This document shows, in pieces, positions 8,791-18,717 of a DNA stretch of 64,000 bases. Position numbers and translations under genes: made by a program. The number at the start of each line of letters is the position of its first letter. The stretch's first letter is position 1. Origin of the DNA: Candidatus Zixiibacteriota bacterium (lineage in GTDB: Bacteria; Zixibacteria; MSB-5A5; CAIYYT01); assembly GCA_020853795.1 (NCBI GenBank), contig JADYYF010000088.1:12820-76819 (forward strand), in the 5' to 3' direction. Below the pieces are notes generated by a model. It did no database searches, was not told the DNA's origin, and saw only the letters and a list, made by a program, of their open reading frames with translations.

Positions 8791-10837
8791 CGTATATGCT
8801 CACTGCTTCTTTTGAGAAAACTTCGATATGAGGGAGGATCTCCGAGTAGGAGAGCACGACAAGACCGTTGACGGCTCCCTGCAGGTAGCGCTGGAGTGCC
8901 ATGCGGACGTTGGGGCTGACGAGCAGCACCGGCGTGAGTCCTTCACGGGTCATGCGCTCGACCGACTTGGCGATGCGCTGGGTCAGTACTTCCCCGTTGT
9001 TCGGCGGGATGACGAGCATCAAACCCTGCTTGGTCGCCTGAACATTGTCGGCGAGGAACTTTTCGGTACGCGGTTCGAGGGTGAAGACGGTCATCTGATC
9101 GTTGTCGCCAGCATAGTTGCGCGTGATGCTGCGGCGCAGGGCCATGCGCACGTACTCCGTGAGCACGTCGGCATCCTTGGTCTGCTGGGCGTAATCGGCG
9201 AGCGCTTCGAGGATCGTCACCATATCGCGGATGCTGACGCGTTCGTTGAGCAGGTTCTGCAGGACTTTCTGCAAGGTCGCGAGTGGGACGATTTCCTCGA
9301 CGACGCCTTCTACAGCCGCCGGGAACTCGCGCTTGACGCGTTCGATGAGATTCTTGACATCCTGGCGGGTGAAGACTTCGGCCGCATGGGTCTTGATGAT
9401 CTCGGTCAGGTGTGTGGCCATAACGGCGGCCGGTTCGACGACGGTGTAACCCTTCATTTCGGCGAGTTCTTTGTAGTTTTGAATGATCCACTTGGCGGAC
9501 ATGCCGAAGGCCGGTTCTTTGGCGGCAAAGCCTTCGAGGTCGTCTTCGATGTACCCGGGATTGATGGCCAGCAGGTGGTCGACCATCAGCTCGAAGTTGG
9601 CGATCCGGTTACCTTTGAGTTTGACCTCATACAAATTCGGACGCAGTTGAACATTGTCGCGAATGCGAATCGGCGGCACGATAACGCCGAGTTCCTGAGC
9701 GATTTGGCGGCGCAGGCCGGAAATGCGGTCGAGCAGGTCGCCGCCTTGCTGGGTATCGACGAGCGGGATCAAGCCGTAACCGATTTCCAGCTCGAGGGTA
9801 TCTAGATGCAATGACTCTTCGGCCTGTTCCGAAGGGGTTTTCTTCTGCTCCGGCTCGATGCGCACTTCGGTGGACTTGGCTTCTTCGCGGCGCTTGATCG
9901 ATTGCATTGTGATGAAAGCGGCGGCACCGACGATCACGGAGAAGACGGTAAATGGGACAAACGGCATGCCGGGGACGACACCGAGCAGGAAGACGATACC
10001 GGAAGCGACAGCCAACGCCTTTGGCTGTAGCGTCATCTGCTGGGCCATTTCAGTGCCGAAGTTCGAATCACCAGCGGCGCGGGTGACGAGGATACCGGAG
10101 GCGGTGGCGACGATCAGCGCCGGGATCTGGGTGACCAGGCCATCGCCGACCGAAAGCAAGGTGTAACGGCGGAGCGCTTCGGAGATCGGCAGGCCTTCCT
10201 GCGCCATGCCGATGATGAAGCCGCCGATGACGTTGATCAGCGTAATGAGGATGCCAGCGACGGCATCGCCGCGGACAAATTTGGAGGCGCCGTCCATCGC
10301 ACCGTAGAAATCAGCTTCCTTGGTGATGTCGGCGCGACGCTTGCGGGCGTCGTCTTCCGAGATCAGGCCGGCGTTAAGGTCGGCGTCGATTGCCATCTGC
10401 TTACCCGGCATCGCATCCAAAGTAAAGCGCGCGGCGACTTCGGAGATGCGGCCAGCGCCCTTGGTGATAACGACAAACTGGATGATGACCAGGATGATGA
10501 AGATGATAAAGCCGACAACGTAATTGCCTTTGACCACGAAGTTGCCGAAGGAGTTGATGACCGAGCCGGCGTAGCCTTCGCCCAGGATCAGGCGAGTCGA
10601 GGCGACGTTGAGCGAGAGGCGAAAGAGTGTGACGACAAGGAGCATGCCCGGGAATACTGAGAATTCGAGCGGGCGCTTGATATAGAGCGTCGACAGCAGG
10701 ATCACCAGCGACAGCGAGATATTGGCGGCCAGCAGCAGGTCGAGGAACGGCGTCGGAATCGGGATAATCAGGACGGCAATGATGCCGACCACAGCGATGG
10801 CCAAGATAACGTCCGAGTGCTGCATGTACTTCGGCAT
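8780..10837 (-). CDS. flhA: flagellar export apparatus protein FlhA
   Basis: The 685-aa product has an N-terminal 8-TM domain (FHxxxDGASKFVRGDAVAG motif) and a large cytoplasmic C-domain. Confidence 0.95.
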   Translation of the reverse strand: MPKYMQHSDVILAIAVVGIIAVLIIPIPTPFLDLLLAANISLSLVILLSTLYIKRPLEFSVFPGMLLVVTLFRLSLNVASTRLILGEGYAGSVINSFGNFVVKGNYVVGFIIFIILVIIQFVVITKGAGRISEVAARFTLDAMPGKQMAIDADLNAGLISEDDARKRRADITKEADFYGAMDGASKFVRGDAVAGILITLINVIGGFIIGMAQEGLPISEALRRYTLLSVGDGLVTQIPALIVATASGILVTRAAGDSNFGTEMAQQMTLQPKALAVASGIVFLLGVVPGMPFVPFTVFSVIVGAAAFITMQSIKRREEAKSTEVRIEPEQKKTPSEQAEESLHLDTLELEIGYGLIPLVDTQQGGDLLDRISGLRRQIAQELGVIVPPIRIRDNVQLRPNLYEVKLKGNRIANFELMVDHLLAINPGYIEDDLEGFAAKEPAFGMSAKWIIQNYKELAEMKGYTVVEPAAVMATHLTEIIKTHAAEVFTRQDVKNLIERVKREFPAAVEGVVEEIVPLATLQKVLQNLLNERVSIRDMVTILEALADYAQQTKDADVLTEYVRMALRRSITRNYAGDNDQMTVFTLEPRTEKFLADNVQATKQGLMLVIPPNNGEVLTQRIAKSVERMTREGLTPVLLVSPNVRMALQRYLQGAVNGLVVLSYSEILPHIEVFSKEAVSIYDAN

Positions 10838-10840
10838 GGC

Positions 10841-11911
10841 CTATCTCCGCGACTTCCCTTTCAGGCTGTAGACGTAAGCGAGGATTTCGGCAACGGCCTT
10901 GTAGAGGTCAGCCGGAATTTGCATGCCGATTTCGACGGTCTTGAAGAGCGTGCGGGCAAGCGGCTTGTTTTCGATAATCGGGACGCCGGCTTCGGCCGCG
11001 ATTTTCTTGATGGCCTCTGCAATCAGGCGCTCGCCTTTGGCGATCACGGTCGGCGCATCCATGGCAGCGGTGTCGTATTTCAGTGCCACGGCAATATGGG
11101 TCGGGTTGGTGATGACGACGTCCGCCTTGGGTACTTCCTGCATCATGCGCTTGCGTGCCTGATCGCGCTGGATGGCACGGATGCGACCCTTGATCAGCGG
11201 ATTGCCTTCGGTGTGCTTCAGTTCTTCTTTGATGTCCTGAATCGACATCTTGAGACCCTTGATGTAATCCCACTTCTGATAGGCGTAGTCGAGGATCGCG
11301 ATGACGGCGAGCGCGAGCAGGATCTTGAACGAGACGCGAACCGCGATGGCGACCATCGACTTGCCGATTTCGCCGGTGGACATGTCGGTAAAGGCGGCCA
11401 TCAAGGGGACTTCCGCTCTGATGGCATAGAAGGCGATGACGGCGATAATGGTCAGCTTGATCAGGTCGCGGACGGCGGTGAAGACCGACTTCATACTGAC
11501 GAGATTCTTCATGCCCTTGATGATGTTGAGCTTTTCGAACTTGGGTTCGAGCGCCTGAGTCGAGAAGAGACTTCCGACTTGCACATACGAGACGCCGAGC
11601 GCCACGACGACGAGCAGGATGATCATCGGACCGACGATCTTGACCGAAATCCAGCCGACCTGACCGAGAAGGGCCGGAGCGGAATCGGCCGTGATCGAGA
11701 AGTGCGCCGAATTGGCGAAGAGCCAGGTGAACATTTCGCGGCTGGAGGCAGTCATCAGCGAGCCCAGCGCCATCACACCGAGCAAGCCGGTGAACATGAT
11801 GGCAATCGAGCTGAGCTCGGTGGAGCGTGCGACCTGCCCCTTTTCGCGGGCCTCCTTCAGCCGTTTAGGCGTCGGTTGTTCGGTTTTTTCCTGGAACGAT
11901 TCGTCCGCCAT
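10841..11911 (-). CDS. flhB: flagellar export apparatus protein FlhB
   Basis: An autocleavage NPTH motif (VVITNPTHIAVAL) follows the TM domain. Confidence 0.9.
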   Translation of the reverse strand: MADESFQEKTEQPTPKRLKEAREKGQVARSTELSSIAIMFTGLLGVMALGSLMTASSREMFTWLFANSAHFSITADSAPALLGQVGWISVKIVGPMIILLVVVALGVSYVQVGSLFSTQALEPKFEKLNIIKGMKNLVSMKSVFTAVRDLIKLTIIAVIAFYAIRAEVPLMAAFTDMSTGEIGKSMVAIAVRVSFKILLALAVIAILDYAYQKWDYIKGLKMSIQDIKEELKHTEGNPLIKGRIRAIQRDQARKRMMQEVPKADVVITNPTHIAVALKYDTAAMDAPTVIAKGERLIAEAIKKIAAEAGVPIIENKPLARTLFKTVEIGMQIPADLYKAVAEILAYVYSLKGKSRR

Positions 11912-11914
11912 GGC

Positions 11915-12706
11915 TTATCCTGCGAAACCTTTCGCAATCGAGAAGGCTTCGAGACTGATCTGGTTGAAGACTTTTGCGAACATGAAATTGAAGAGCGGCA
12001 GGCCGAGGGCAAGCATCAGCAGACCGACGCCGATTTTAACCTGGAAGCCGACGATCAGGATGTTCATCTGCGGCATGGTGCGGGCCACGATGCCGAGGCA
12101 GATATCGACGATGAAGAGTGTCACCAGCACCGGCGCCGCGATCTTGACACCGATGGCGAAGACCGCGCCGGAGAGGCGCAGTACCTGATCGAGCGCCAGC
12201 GGATTGAATTGCACGTGTCCGAGCGGCACGACCTTGTAGGACTCGAAGAGCGCTTGCAGGATCGTGTGATGACCGTCGATCAGGAAGAAGACCAGCGTCG
12301 AGACGATCATTTTGAGCTGGCCAATAATCGGGACATTTTCCGACGTGGTCGGGTCGATGACATTGACCAGCGCGTAGCCGATCTGATAACCGAGCAAACC
12401 GCCGCCGTATTGGACGCCGAGAAAAATCAATTGGAAGAGAAAGCCGATGATCAGGCCGAAGGCCAATTCGCGCAGGCCGAGCATCGTCAGCGGGATCAAG
12501 CCCGGATCAAGCTGAAGCTGCTGCGTTCCGACTAGCGGGAAGAGGAAGTACCCGAACAGCAGAGCCAGCATGATCTTGACCTGCGCGGGGACGTTGGCCT
12601 GGCCGAACACGGGGGCGGCAATGATCAGCCCGGCAACACGGAAGGTCGCCAGCAGAAAGACTGTAATGTTGTCAAGGGTTAGACCAAAGATTGCCTGAGT
12701 GTGCAC
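11915..12706 (-). CDS. fliR: flagellar export apparatus protein FliR
   Basis: Polytopic 263-aa protein in the conserved position after fliQ. The start codon is GTG. Confidence 0.85.
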   Translation of the reverse strand: MHTQAIFGLTLDNITVFLLATFRVAGLIIAAPVFGQANVPAQVKIMLALLFGYFLFPLVGTQQLQLDPGLIPLTMLGLRELAFGLIIGFLFQLIFLGVQYGGGLLGYQIGYALVNVIDPTTSENVPIIGQLKMIVSTLVFFLIDGHHTILQALFESYKVVPLGHVQFNPLALDQVLRLSGAVFAIGVKIAAPVLVTLFIVDICLGIVARTMPQMNILIVGFQVKIGVGLLMLALGLPLFNFMFAKVFNQISLEAFSIAKGFAG

Positions 12707-12860
12707 GAGTTAGATGTCTCCTCTTCGGCAGACCTTTAAGCAAGGCTTGTGCCGAAGGGGAACAGCGACCTAACTCATTGTGGTATAATAGACTAATTGG
12801 CAACCCAGCGAACTCCCGTCGCGAAGGTAGGAGTATTTTTCCAGCGGCGTGGAAAAAGAT

Positions 12861-13130
12861 TCAGCCGACCAAGGTCGGAATCTGCTCGAAAAGCCGGGTC
12901 GTGAAGCCCACTAACAGGTTGATAATCCACGGGAAAAAGACCAGAAGCGCCAGTCCGACGGCGATGATTTTCGGGACAAAAGTCAGAGTCATTTCGTGGA
13001 TTTGGGTGACGGCCTGAAAGATGGCAATCACCAGGCCGACGATCAGGCCGAGAATCAACATCGGCGCCGACACGGTCAGTGTGAGCAGAATGGCTTCCTT
13101 CCCTAACGCGATGACATATTGCGGCGTCAT
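12861..13130 (-). CDS. fliQ: flagellar export apparatus protein FliQ
   Basis: Two-TM protein of about 89 aa (MTPQYVIALGKEAILLTLTVSAPML...). The ATG was chosen 1-2 nt after the fliP stop. Confidence 0.85.
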   Translation of the reverse strand: MTPQYVIALGKEAILLTLTVSAPMLILGLIVGLVIAIFQAVTQIHEMTLTFVPKIIAVGLALLVFFPWIINLLVGFTTRLFEQIPTLVG

Positions 13131-13131
13131 G

Positions 13132-13890
13132 TTATCCTCCGGCGACGGCAAAACTTTCGAGCAGTGATTTGACGATCAGGTACCAGCCGTCCACCATCAC
13201 GAACAGAAGAATTTTGAACGGCAAAGCTACCAGAATGGGTGGTAGCATCATCATGCCCATTGACATCAAGACCGAGGCGACCACCATATCGATCACGAGA
13301 AACGGAATGAAGATGACGAAGGCGATCGTGAAGGAGGTGCGCAGTTCAGACAGGATGAAGCCGGGCACAACCACGTAGGTCGGGACGTCATTGATCGAGG
13401 CCGGTTTCTCGAGACCGGCGTATTTGACGAAGAGCGCGAGGTCTTTCTCGCGGGTTTGCTTGAGCATGAAGGCGCGCAGCGGTTCGACGCCGCGATCGTA
13501 GAGTTCCTTCTGACTGATTTCGCCCTTCAAGTAGGGCTGGAAGGCGGTCTGGTTAATCTGGTTGGCGACGGGCGACATCACGAAGATCGTCATCACCAAC
13601 GAGATGCCCATGATCAATTGCGAGGGCGGCAACTGGTTGGTGCCAAGTGCCTGGCGCAAGAACGACATGACGATGACGATGCGGATGAACGAGGTGGTCA
13701 TCACCAGAATTGACGGCGCCAGCGCCAGTACGGTCAGAAGCAGCAGAATCTGCAGCGTGGTGGACATCGTCTTGGTATCGTTGCCCTGGCCGAATTGAAT
13801 CGAGACCGACGGCAGCGCTTGGGCGAATGATCCGGCTGAAAGCAACAGCACGAGAGCCAGCGACAGAATGGCGATGGTCCGGGTGCTCAT
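13132..13890 (-). CDS. fliP: flagellar export apparatus protein FliP
   Basis: Signal-like N-terminus followed by the conserved FliP core (LTSFIRIVIVMSFLRQALG, GFKIGLLFVMVDG-like). Confidence 0.9.
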   Translation of the reverse strand: MSTRTIAILSLALVLLLSAGSFAQALPSVSIQFGQGNDTKTMSTTLQILLLLTVLALAPSILVMTTSFIRIVIVMSFLRQALGTNQLPPSQLIMGISLVMTIFVMSPVANQINQTAFQPYLKGEISQKELYDRGVEPLRAFMLKQTREKDLALFVKYAGLEKPASINDVPTYVVVPGFILSELRTSFTIAFVIFIPFLVIDMVVASVLMSMGMMMLPPILVALPFKILLFVMVDGWYLIVKSLLESFAVAGG

Positions 13891-14360
13891 AGCTTTACCT
13901 CGGATTCTTTAACAGCGGTACGCGGCATCAGGGTCTCTTTCGCCTGGCGCAGGAATTGGCTGAACTTGGAGTTCGGCGTGCTGGCGGCACCCAGCGGGCC
14001 GGTGACCGGCGGTGCGGGTAATTCGACGTCACACAACTTGTTGATTCCGGATTCGGTGGCACCGACGAGGATGTGCTTATCGCCAACCTTGACGACGTAG
14101 ATGGCCTGTTTCGGAGTGAGATGGCGGCGGTCGATGACTTTGATGAGGTCGCCGCCGGCGGGAGACTTCCCGACCGTATAGCGTTTCATCAGCCAGACCG
14201 AGGCGTAGATGATGATGATGATCAGCAGGAGCGCACCGGCCAGCTGCAGAAGCGTGGGGCCGATATCGCTGCCGAAATCCGGGGCCGGCTCTTCCTGAGC
14301 CAGGACGGAGGCACTGCCGAACAAGATCAGCGATCCGATGCTGAACAGTGTTCGTTTCAT
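13887..14360 (-). CDS. fliO: flagellar protein FliO/FliZ-like
   Basis: Small 157-aa protein with a single TM segment (LLLIIIIIYASVWLM), positioned between fliN and fliP as in Bacillus fla/che operons. Confidence 0.55.
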   Translation of the reverse strand: MKRTLFSIGSLILFGSASVLAQEEPAPDFGSDIGPTLLQLAGALLLIIIIIYASVWLMKRYTVGKSPAGGDLIKVIDRRHLTPKQAIYVVKVGDKHILVGATESGINKLCDVELPAPPVTGPLGAASTPNSKFSQFLRQAKETLMPRTAVKESEVKL

Positions 14361-14361
14361 A

Positions 14362-14898
14362 TTACAAGCTCTTGAGTCTGTCTTCCGGCGAGATCAGACT
14401 GGTTACGCGCAGTCCGAAATTCTCGTCGACAACTACGACTTCTCCTCTTGCGACGATTTTGTTGTTCACCAGCAAGTCGACCGGTTCGCCGGCGAGTTTG
14501 GTCAATTCGACGACCGAGCCGGAGCCGAGTTCGAGGATTTCCCGAATCGTCATCTCGGTGCGTCCGAGTTCGATCGAAACCGGCAGCTTGACATCCAGCA
14601 GGATGTCGATATTGCGGGGTTGGCCCACCGGCGCGGAGCGCGCGAAGCGGTCGAACTCGACGGACTGGACGGTAGCCGGCTGGGCCGTCGTGGCATCGTG
14701 AGCTTCGGCTCGCGCCAGTTCCTCGAGCATCTGCCGTTCGACCTCGTCATCGATCGAAGCGGGCGAGGCCAGTTGGTCGGCGGGGATCGCCGGCGGCGAT
14801 TGTTTAGCCGAGGGAGCGGCCTCCGGTCCGCCGGGGACACGGCCCGCGAGGTTGTCTTCCTCGCCGGGCGGGAGTCCGGTGTTGAGATTATCAGCCAT
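14362..14898 (-). CDS. fliN: flagellar motor switch protein FliN/FliY C-domain
   Basis: C-terminal SpoA/FliN domain (VSIELGRTEMTIREILELGSGSVVELTKLAGEPVDLLVNNKIVARGEVVVV). Confidence 0.85.
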   Translation of the reverse strand: MADNLNTGLPPGEEDNLAGRVPGGPEAAPSAKQSPPAIPADQLASPASIDDEVERQMLEELARAEAHDATTAQPATVQSVEFDRFARSAPVGQPRNIDILLDVKLPVSIELGRTEMTIREILELGSGSVVELTKLAGEPVDLLVNNKIVARGEVVVVDENFGLRVTSLISPEDRLKSL

Positions 14899-15889
14899 TT
14901 ATCTGCTCCTGTTCTTCCGTCGTCCCGACGACTTGAATTCCCATTTTCTTGCCGACAATACCGGGACGGGCCAAGAACTTCTTTCTTCCACGCACAGAGA
15001 TTTCCAACGGTTCGGCGATACGCTGATCGAGTTGGATGACGTCGCCGAGTTTGAGGTTCATGAAGTCGCGGACGGTCAGAGTAGCGGTTCCGAGCTGGGC
15101 GGCGACGTCTGCCGTGACGTCCTGCAGGTTGTTGATGTTCAACTGACGGCTTTCCTCGTAATCGCCCTTCTTGGACTGGTCAACCCAGGTGTTGCCGATC
15201 AGATCCTTCATGATCGGTTCGAGGGTGACGTAGGGATAGCAGATCGTCAGCAGCCCGGAATTACCGAGCATCTTAACCTGCATGCCGATGACGATTACGG
15301 TTTCGCCGGGGGGCACGATTTGCACGAATTGCGGGTTGGTTTCGAAGGAGTGCTGGCGCACTTGCAGCTTGATGACCGAGGTCCAGGTTCGCTCCAGCTC
15401 CTTGAACACATTACGAGCGATCTTGGACAAGACAGCGCGCTCGATACCGGTCAGTTCGCGCTCGGACTCGAGGATGCGTCCGACGCCGCCGAACATGCGA
15501 TCGATAAAGAGGAACGCGAGCGTCGGGTTGAAATCGATCAGGCAGCGACCTTCCAACGGCTCAAGGTTAATCGTGAAGACGTTGGAGGGGTTCACCAGCG
15601 ACATGATCAGTTCGGAGTAGGTGATCTGGTCGACGCTGACGAGTTCAATGTCGACCATGGCGCGCTGGATCGCCGACAGGCTGGAACCGAGATGGCCGGC
15701 GAAATTATCATGCAGGCTTTCCAGCGTCCGAATCTGGTCTTTGGAGACGCGATTCGGATGTTTGAAATCGTAGGCGACGATCGAGCGGGAGGCATCGTCG
15801 GCCGATTTCAATTTGGAGTCGATGTCCTCCGTCGACGAGACCGTCGAAAGGAGGGCATCAATTTCATCCTGTGACAGAATTTTCGCCAC
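14891..15889 (-). CDS. fliM: flagellar motor switch protein FliM
   Basis: N-terminal MAKILSQDEIDALL (the CheY-binding motif), a FliM middle domain and a C-terminal SpoA-like domain. Confidence 0.85.
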   Translation of the reverse strand: MAKILSQDEIDALLSTVSSTEDIDSKLKSADDASRSIVAYDFKHPNRVSKDQIRTLESLHDNFAGHLGSSLSAIQRAMVDIELVSVDQITYSELIMSLVNPSNVFTINLEPLEGRCLIDFNPTLAFLFIDRMFGGVGRILESERELTGIERAVLSKIARNVFKELERTWTSVIKLQVRQHSFETNPQFVQIVPPGETVIVIGMQVKMLGNSGLLTICYPYVTLEPIMKDLIGNTWVDQSKKGDYEESRQLNINNLQDVTADVAAQLGTATLTVRDFMNLKLGDVIQLDQRIAEPLEISVRGRKKFLARPGIVGKKMGIQVVGTTEEQEQING

Positions 15890-15904
15890 GTTCGGTCCTC
15901 GGTT

Positions 15905-16492
15905 TTACTGCAACACAAAGTCCGTCAGAAACACGGCATCGGCCTGGGCGGGCGCGACGTACCGGTTGACGACGGCCAGAATCTGCTTACGCATATCATT
16001 GCGCTGTTTGACGTCGGCCAGTTCCTCGACGGTCTTCGAGGAGAGGATCGTGATCAGGATGTCCTTGATCTTGACCTGCTTCTCCTTGAACACCGACAAC
16101 GCATCCTTGGCCACTTCGAAGCTGACGCTGCACGACAAGTAGCGCGTGCCGCCGGTTTCGGCGGGGTTGACGACGATGCTTTCGATCGTAAAGAATTCCG
16201 AGGCGCCGTTGCCTTCGCCCGAACCGTGTTCCCCGCCACGTTCCTCCGTTGCGGTTCCTTTGGCCGGCTCGACCTTGGCGGGCGCGGTTTGCTCGACTGC
16301 GGGCGCATCGCTGGCCAGCATCGGTTTGAGCACTTTCAGCGTGACGACGTAGGCCGCGACGATGGCGACCAAGCCGATGACGCCGAAGATGGCGACCTTG
16401 GTCAGAAGCGCGGTCAGGTTGGACGGGAGTTTCACCTTGGCCGCCGCCGGCTGATGCTCAGTCGCTTCGGTTTTTTCTTTGACATCCGGCAT
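15905..16492 (-). CDS. fliL: flagellar basal body-associated protein FliL
   Basis: Single N-terminal TM segment plus a periplasmic domain, in the conserved position upstream of fliM. Confidence 0.6.
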   Translation of the reverse strand: MPDVKEKTEATEHQPAAAKVKLPSNLTALLTKVAIFGVIGLVAIVAAYVVTLKVLKPMLASDAPAVEQTAPAKVEPAKGTATEERGGEHGSGEGNGASEFFTIESIVVNPAETGGTRYLSCSVSFEVAKDALSVFKEKQVKIKDILITILSSKTVEELADVKQRNDMRKQILAVVNRYVAPAQADAVFLTDFVLQ

Positions 16493-16494
16493 CG

Positions 16495-16716
16495 CTATAC
16501 TCTCTCGTTCTCACGGAAGGCGGCCGCCGGTGCGACGCTGTGGGTCGCGCGGCGGTACGCCACCGTTTTCTCGACAATTTCCTCTGTATTTTCCCGCACC
16601 ATGATCTTCTTGCCTGTCGTCAGGCTGATGATCGTGTCCGGGATCTCCTCAACGAACTCGATCAGGTCGGCGTTGACGACGATCTGCTGTCCGTTGAGTC
16701 GGGTGACCTTAATCAT
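16495..16716 (-). CDS. flbD: flagellar protein FlbD
   Basis: MIKVTRLNGQQIVVNADLIEFVEE is the hallmark FlbD N-terminus. It sits between flgE and fliL. Confidence 0.8.
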   Translation of the reverse strand: MIKVTRLNGQQIVVNADLIEFVEEIPDTIISLTTGKKIMVRENTEEIVEKTVAYRRATHSVAPAAAFRENERV

Positions 16717-16733
16717 GATGCCGCCTCAATCGC

Positions 16734-18656
16734 TTATCTCTTCAAGTTGACCAGATCATCGAGCATGTTGTCCGACGTCGTGATGACACGGGCGTTGGAC
16801 TGGAAGCCGCGCTGGGCGATGATCATGTTGGTGAATTCCTGGGCCAGATCGACGTTGGCGGATTCGAGCGCGCCGGAGGAGATCGTCGCGGAGACGGTCT
16901 CACCGGCCGTGCCTTCAATGCCCTCGCCGGAGTTGGCCGAGGTCTGATAAAGCGACTCGCCCGCCTTGATCAAGCCGGCCTCGTTGTTGAAGTCCGCAAG
17001 GGTGACCTGAGCGAGGTTGCGCGAGACGCCGTTGGTGAAAATGCCGATGATCAGTCCGGTCGGGTCAATGGAGATCTTGTCGAGGATGCCCATGCCGTAG
17101 CCGTCCTGATTGATGGCGGCCACGGTCTCGACGCCGGAGAAGCCGGTCAGACCATCGTAGGCGCCGGAGGTGCCGGCGAACAAGTCAATTTGCGCCAGTC
17201 CGGCGCCGTTATTCGGGTCAAACTGCAGGTTGGTCGCGCCGCCGTCATAAGCCCAGCGCAACAGCGAACCGTCGGGGTTGAAGGTCACGGTCCCGGAGCC
17301 ACCGGTCTGGATAGTCTCGCCGCCCTGCATTGTCACTTCCCAATACCACTTGTTCGGTTCATGGGACTTGATGAAGTTCGTCATCAGAGTATGAGTGCCG
17401 CCGAGCGAGTCATAGACAGTGAGCGAGGTGGCTTTCGACGTGTCGGCCGTGGTGATCGATGCGCTTCCGGCAATTAATCCGGCATCGCCGGTACTGGCCG
17501 TCACTCCGCCACCGCCCAAGCCGGTCACACCGGTCGCCAATCCGCTGCTGGAGGAGACGGAGATGCCGAGGTTGGTCGTCACGCTCGCGCCGCCGACGGA
17601 AGGTGTGAAGGTGTCAGTCGCGGCAAAAGTGTGATCAAGGCCGTTATTGACGCTGAACGCAGCTCCGGCCGCGGCGCCAAAGACGCGGTTGGCGATATCC
17701 CCGGCGACGGCCGTGTTGGTCACGACGTTATAGGTCGAGCCGGTCCCGGCCTTGGTGCGGGAAATCTCGACTTCCCCACCGACAATGCGAGCATCGACGC
17801 CGTCGATCAAGTCGATCGCAGCGACCAGCTCATTGATGGTCGAATTGAGGGTCAGGCCCGTAATTGTGATCGGTGTGGCGCCGTCGACGGTTAACGTCAG
17901 AGTCGGCGAGGTCACACCCAGCGTGGTCAGGGTCTCACTTCCGTCGAGAACATCGTTCGGGATGTTGTTGCCGACAGCGGTGGAAAAGGTGGCCTGGTTG
18001 CCGGTAACGGTGATAACATGCGTGCCGCCGGCGCCATCACGGGCAACGCCCGAGACCAACGACAGGTTGTTGGTGACCGGAGCGCCCTCCGTCAGGCTGG
18101 CATCGGAGCGGGTCGCCGAGGCGTCAAGGTTGTTACCGTATTCAACGCGCGAAGTCGGGAGCGCCGGATCCTGCTGGCCGAACGGCAGCTTGATATTGCC
18201 GACGGTGGCCGTCGACGGAATCTGCCCCGAGGCATCCGCCATCTTACCCTGCACGTACAGGCCATTGGCCGGATTCACGAGGAAGCTGTTGGCATCGAAG
18301 CCGAACGCTCCGGCACGGGTATAGAACTTGGAGTTGCCGTCGGAGAGAATGAAGAAGCCGTTGCCCTGGATCGCCATGTCGGTGATCTGCCCAGTCAGCT
18401 CAAGACCGCCCTGGGTGAACAGATTATCGATCGAGGCGACATTCATGCCGAGTCCGAGCTGGACCGGGTTGGTACCACCGGAGACGGCCGAGGGGCGACC
18501 GGCGCCGCGCAGGGTCTGCACCAGCGCTTCCTGGAAAATTGAACGGCCCGACTTGAAGCCGACCGTATTGATGTTCGAGATGTTGTTCCCGATGACGTTC
18601 ATCCGCACCTGATGATTTCTCAGGCCTGCGACACCGGCGAAGAGTGATGCTAACAT
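16734..18656 (-). CDS. flgE: flagellar hook protein FlgE (long form, about 640 aa)
   Basis: N-terminus MLASLFAGVAGLRNHQVRMNVIGNNISNINTVGFK and C-terminus ANVDLAQEFTNMIIAQRGFQSNARVITTSDNMLDDLVNL. The ATG was chosen with a GGAGG about 10 nt upstream. The track ORF starts at an upstream TTG. Confidence 0.9.
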   Translation of the reverse strand: MLASLFAGVAGLRNHQVRMNVIGNNISNINTVGFKSGRSIFQEALVQTLRGAGRPSAVSGGTNPVQLGLGMNVASIDNLFTQGGLELTGQITDMAIQGNGFFILSDGNSKFYTRAGAFGFDANSFLVNPANGLYVQGKMADASGQIPSTATVGNIKLPFGQQDPALPTSRVEYGNNLDASATRSDASLTEGAPVTNNLSLVSGVARDGAGGTHVITVTGNQATFSTAVGNNIPNDVLDGSETLTTLGVTSPTLTLTVDGATPITITGLTLNSTINELVAAIDLIDGVDARIVGGEVEISRTKAGTGSTYNVVTNTAVAGDIANRVFGAAAGAAFSVNNGLDHTFAATDTFTPSVGGASVTTNLGISVSSSSGLATGVTGLGGGGVTASTGDAGLIAGSASITTADTSKATSLTVYDSLGGTHTLMTNFIKSHEPNKWYWEVTMQGGETIQTGGSGTVTFNPDGSLLRWAYDGGATNLQFDPNNGAGLAQIDLFAGTSGAYDGLTGFSGVETVAAINQDGYGMGILDKISIDPTGLIIGIFTNGVSRNLAQVTLADFNNEAGLIKAGESLYQTSANSGEGIEGTAGETVSATISSGALESANVDLAQEFTNMIIAQRGFQSNARVITTSDNMLDDLVNLKR

Positions 18657-18717
18657 AGTTTCATAACCTCCATATCCAGGCTTCCTCAAAGGAGGTCCGG
18701 CCTGTACACATTTGTTT

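Noticed and set aside
10817-12535. 572-aa plus-strand ORF (and similar long plus-strand ORFs at 23847..25280, 43667..45370, 1122..1985, 14852..15874 and 19847..20629)
   Set aside because: They lie antisense to strongly supported genes (flhB, fliR, rpsA and the beta-helix giant). Their products are Arg/Gly/Asp-rich low-complexity translations typical of GC-rich antisense frames. No domains were recognised.
12778-12786. Plus-strand extended -10 (TGGTATAAT) as a promoter for a plus-strand gene
   Set aside because: No plausible plus-strand gene lies downstream, only antisense fliQ and fliP. It is noted as a possible antisense promoter and not listed as a feature.
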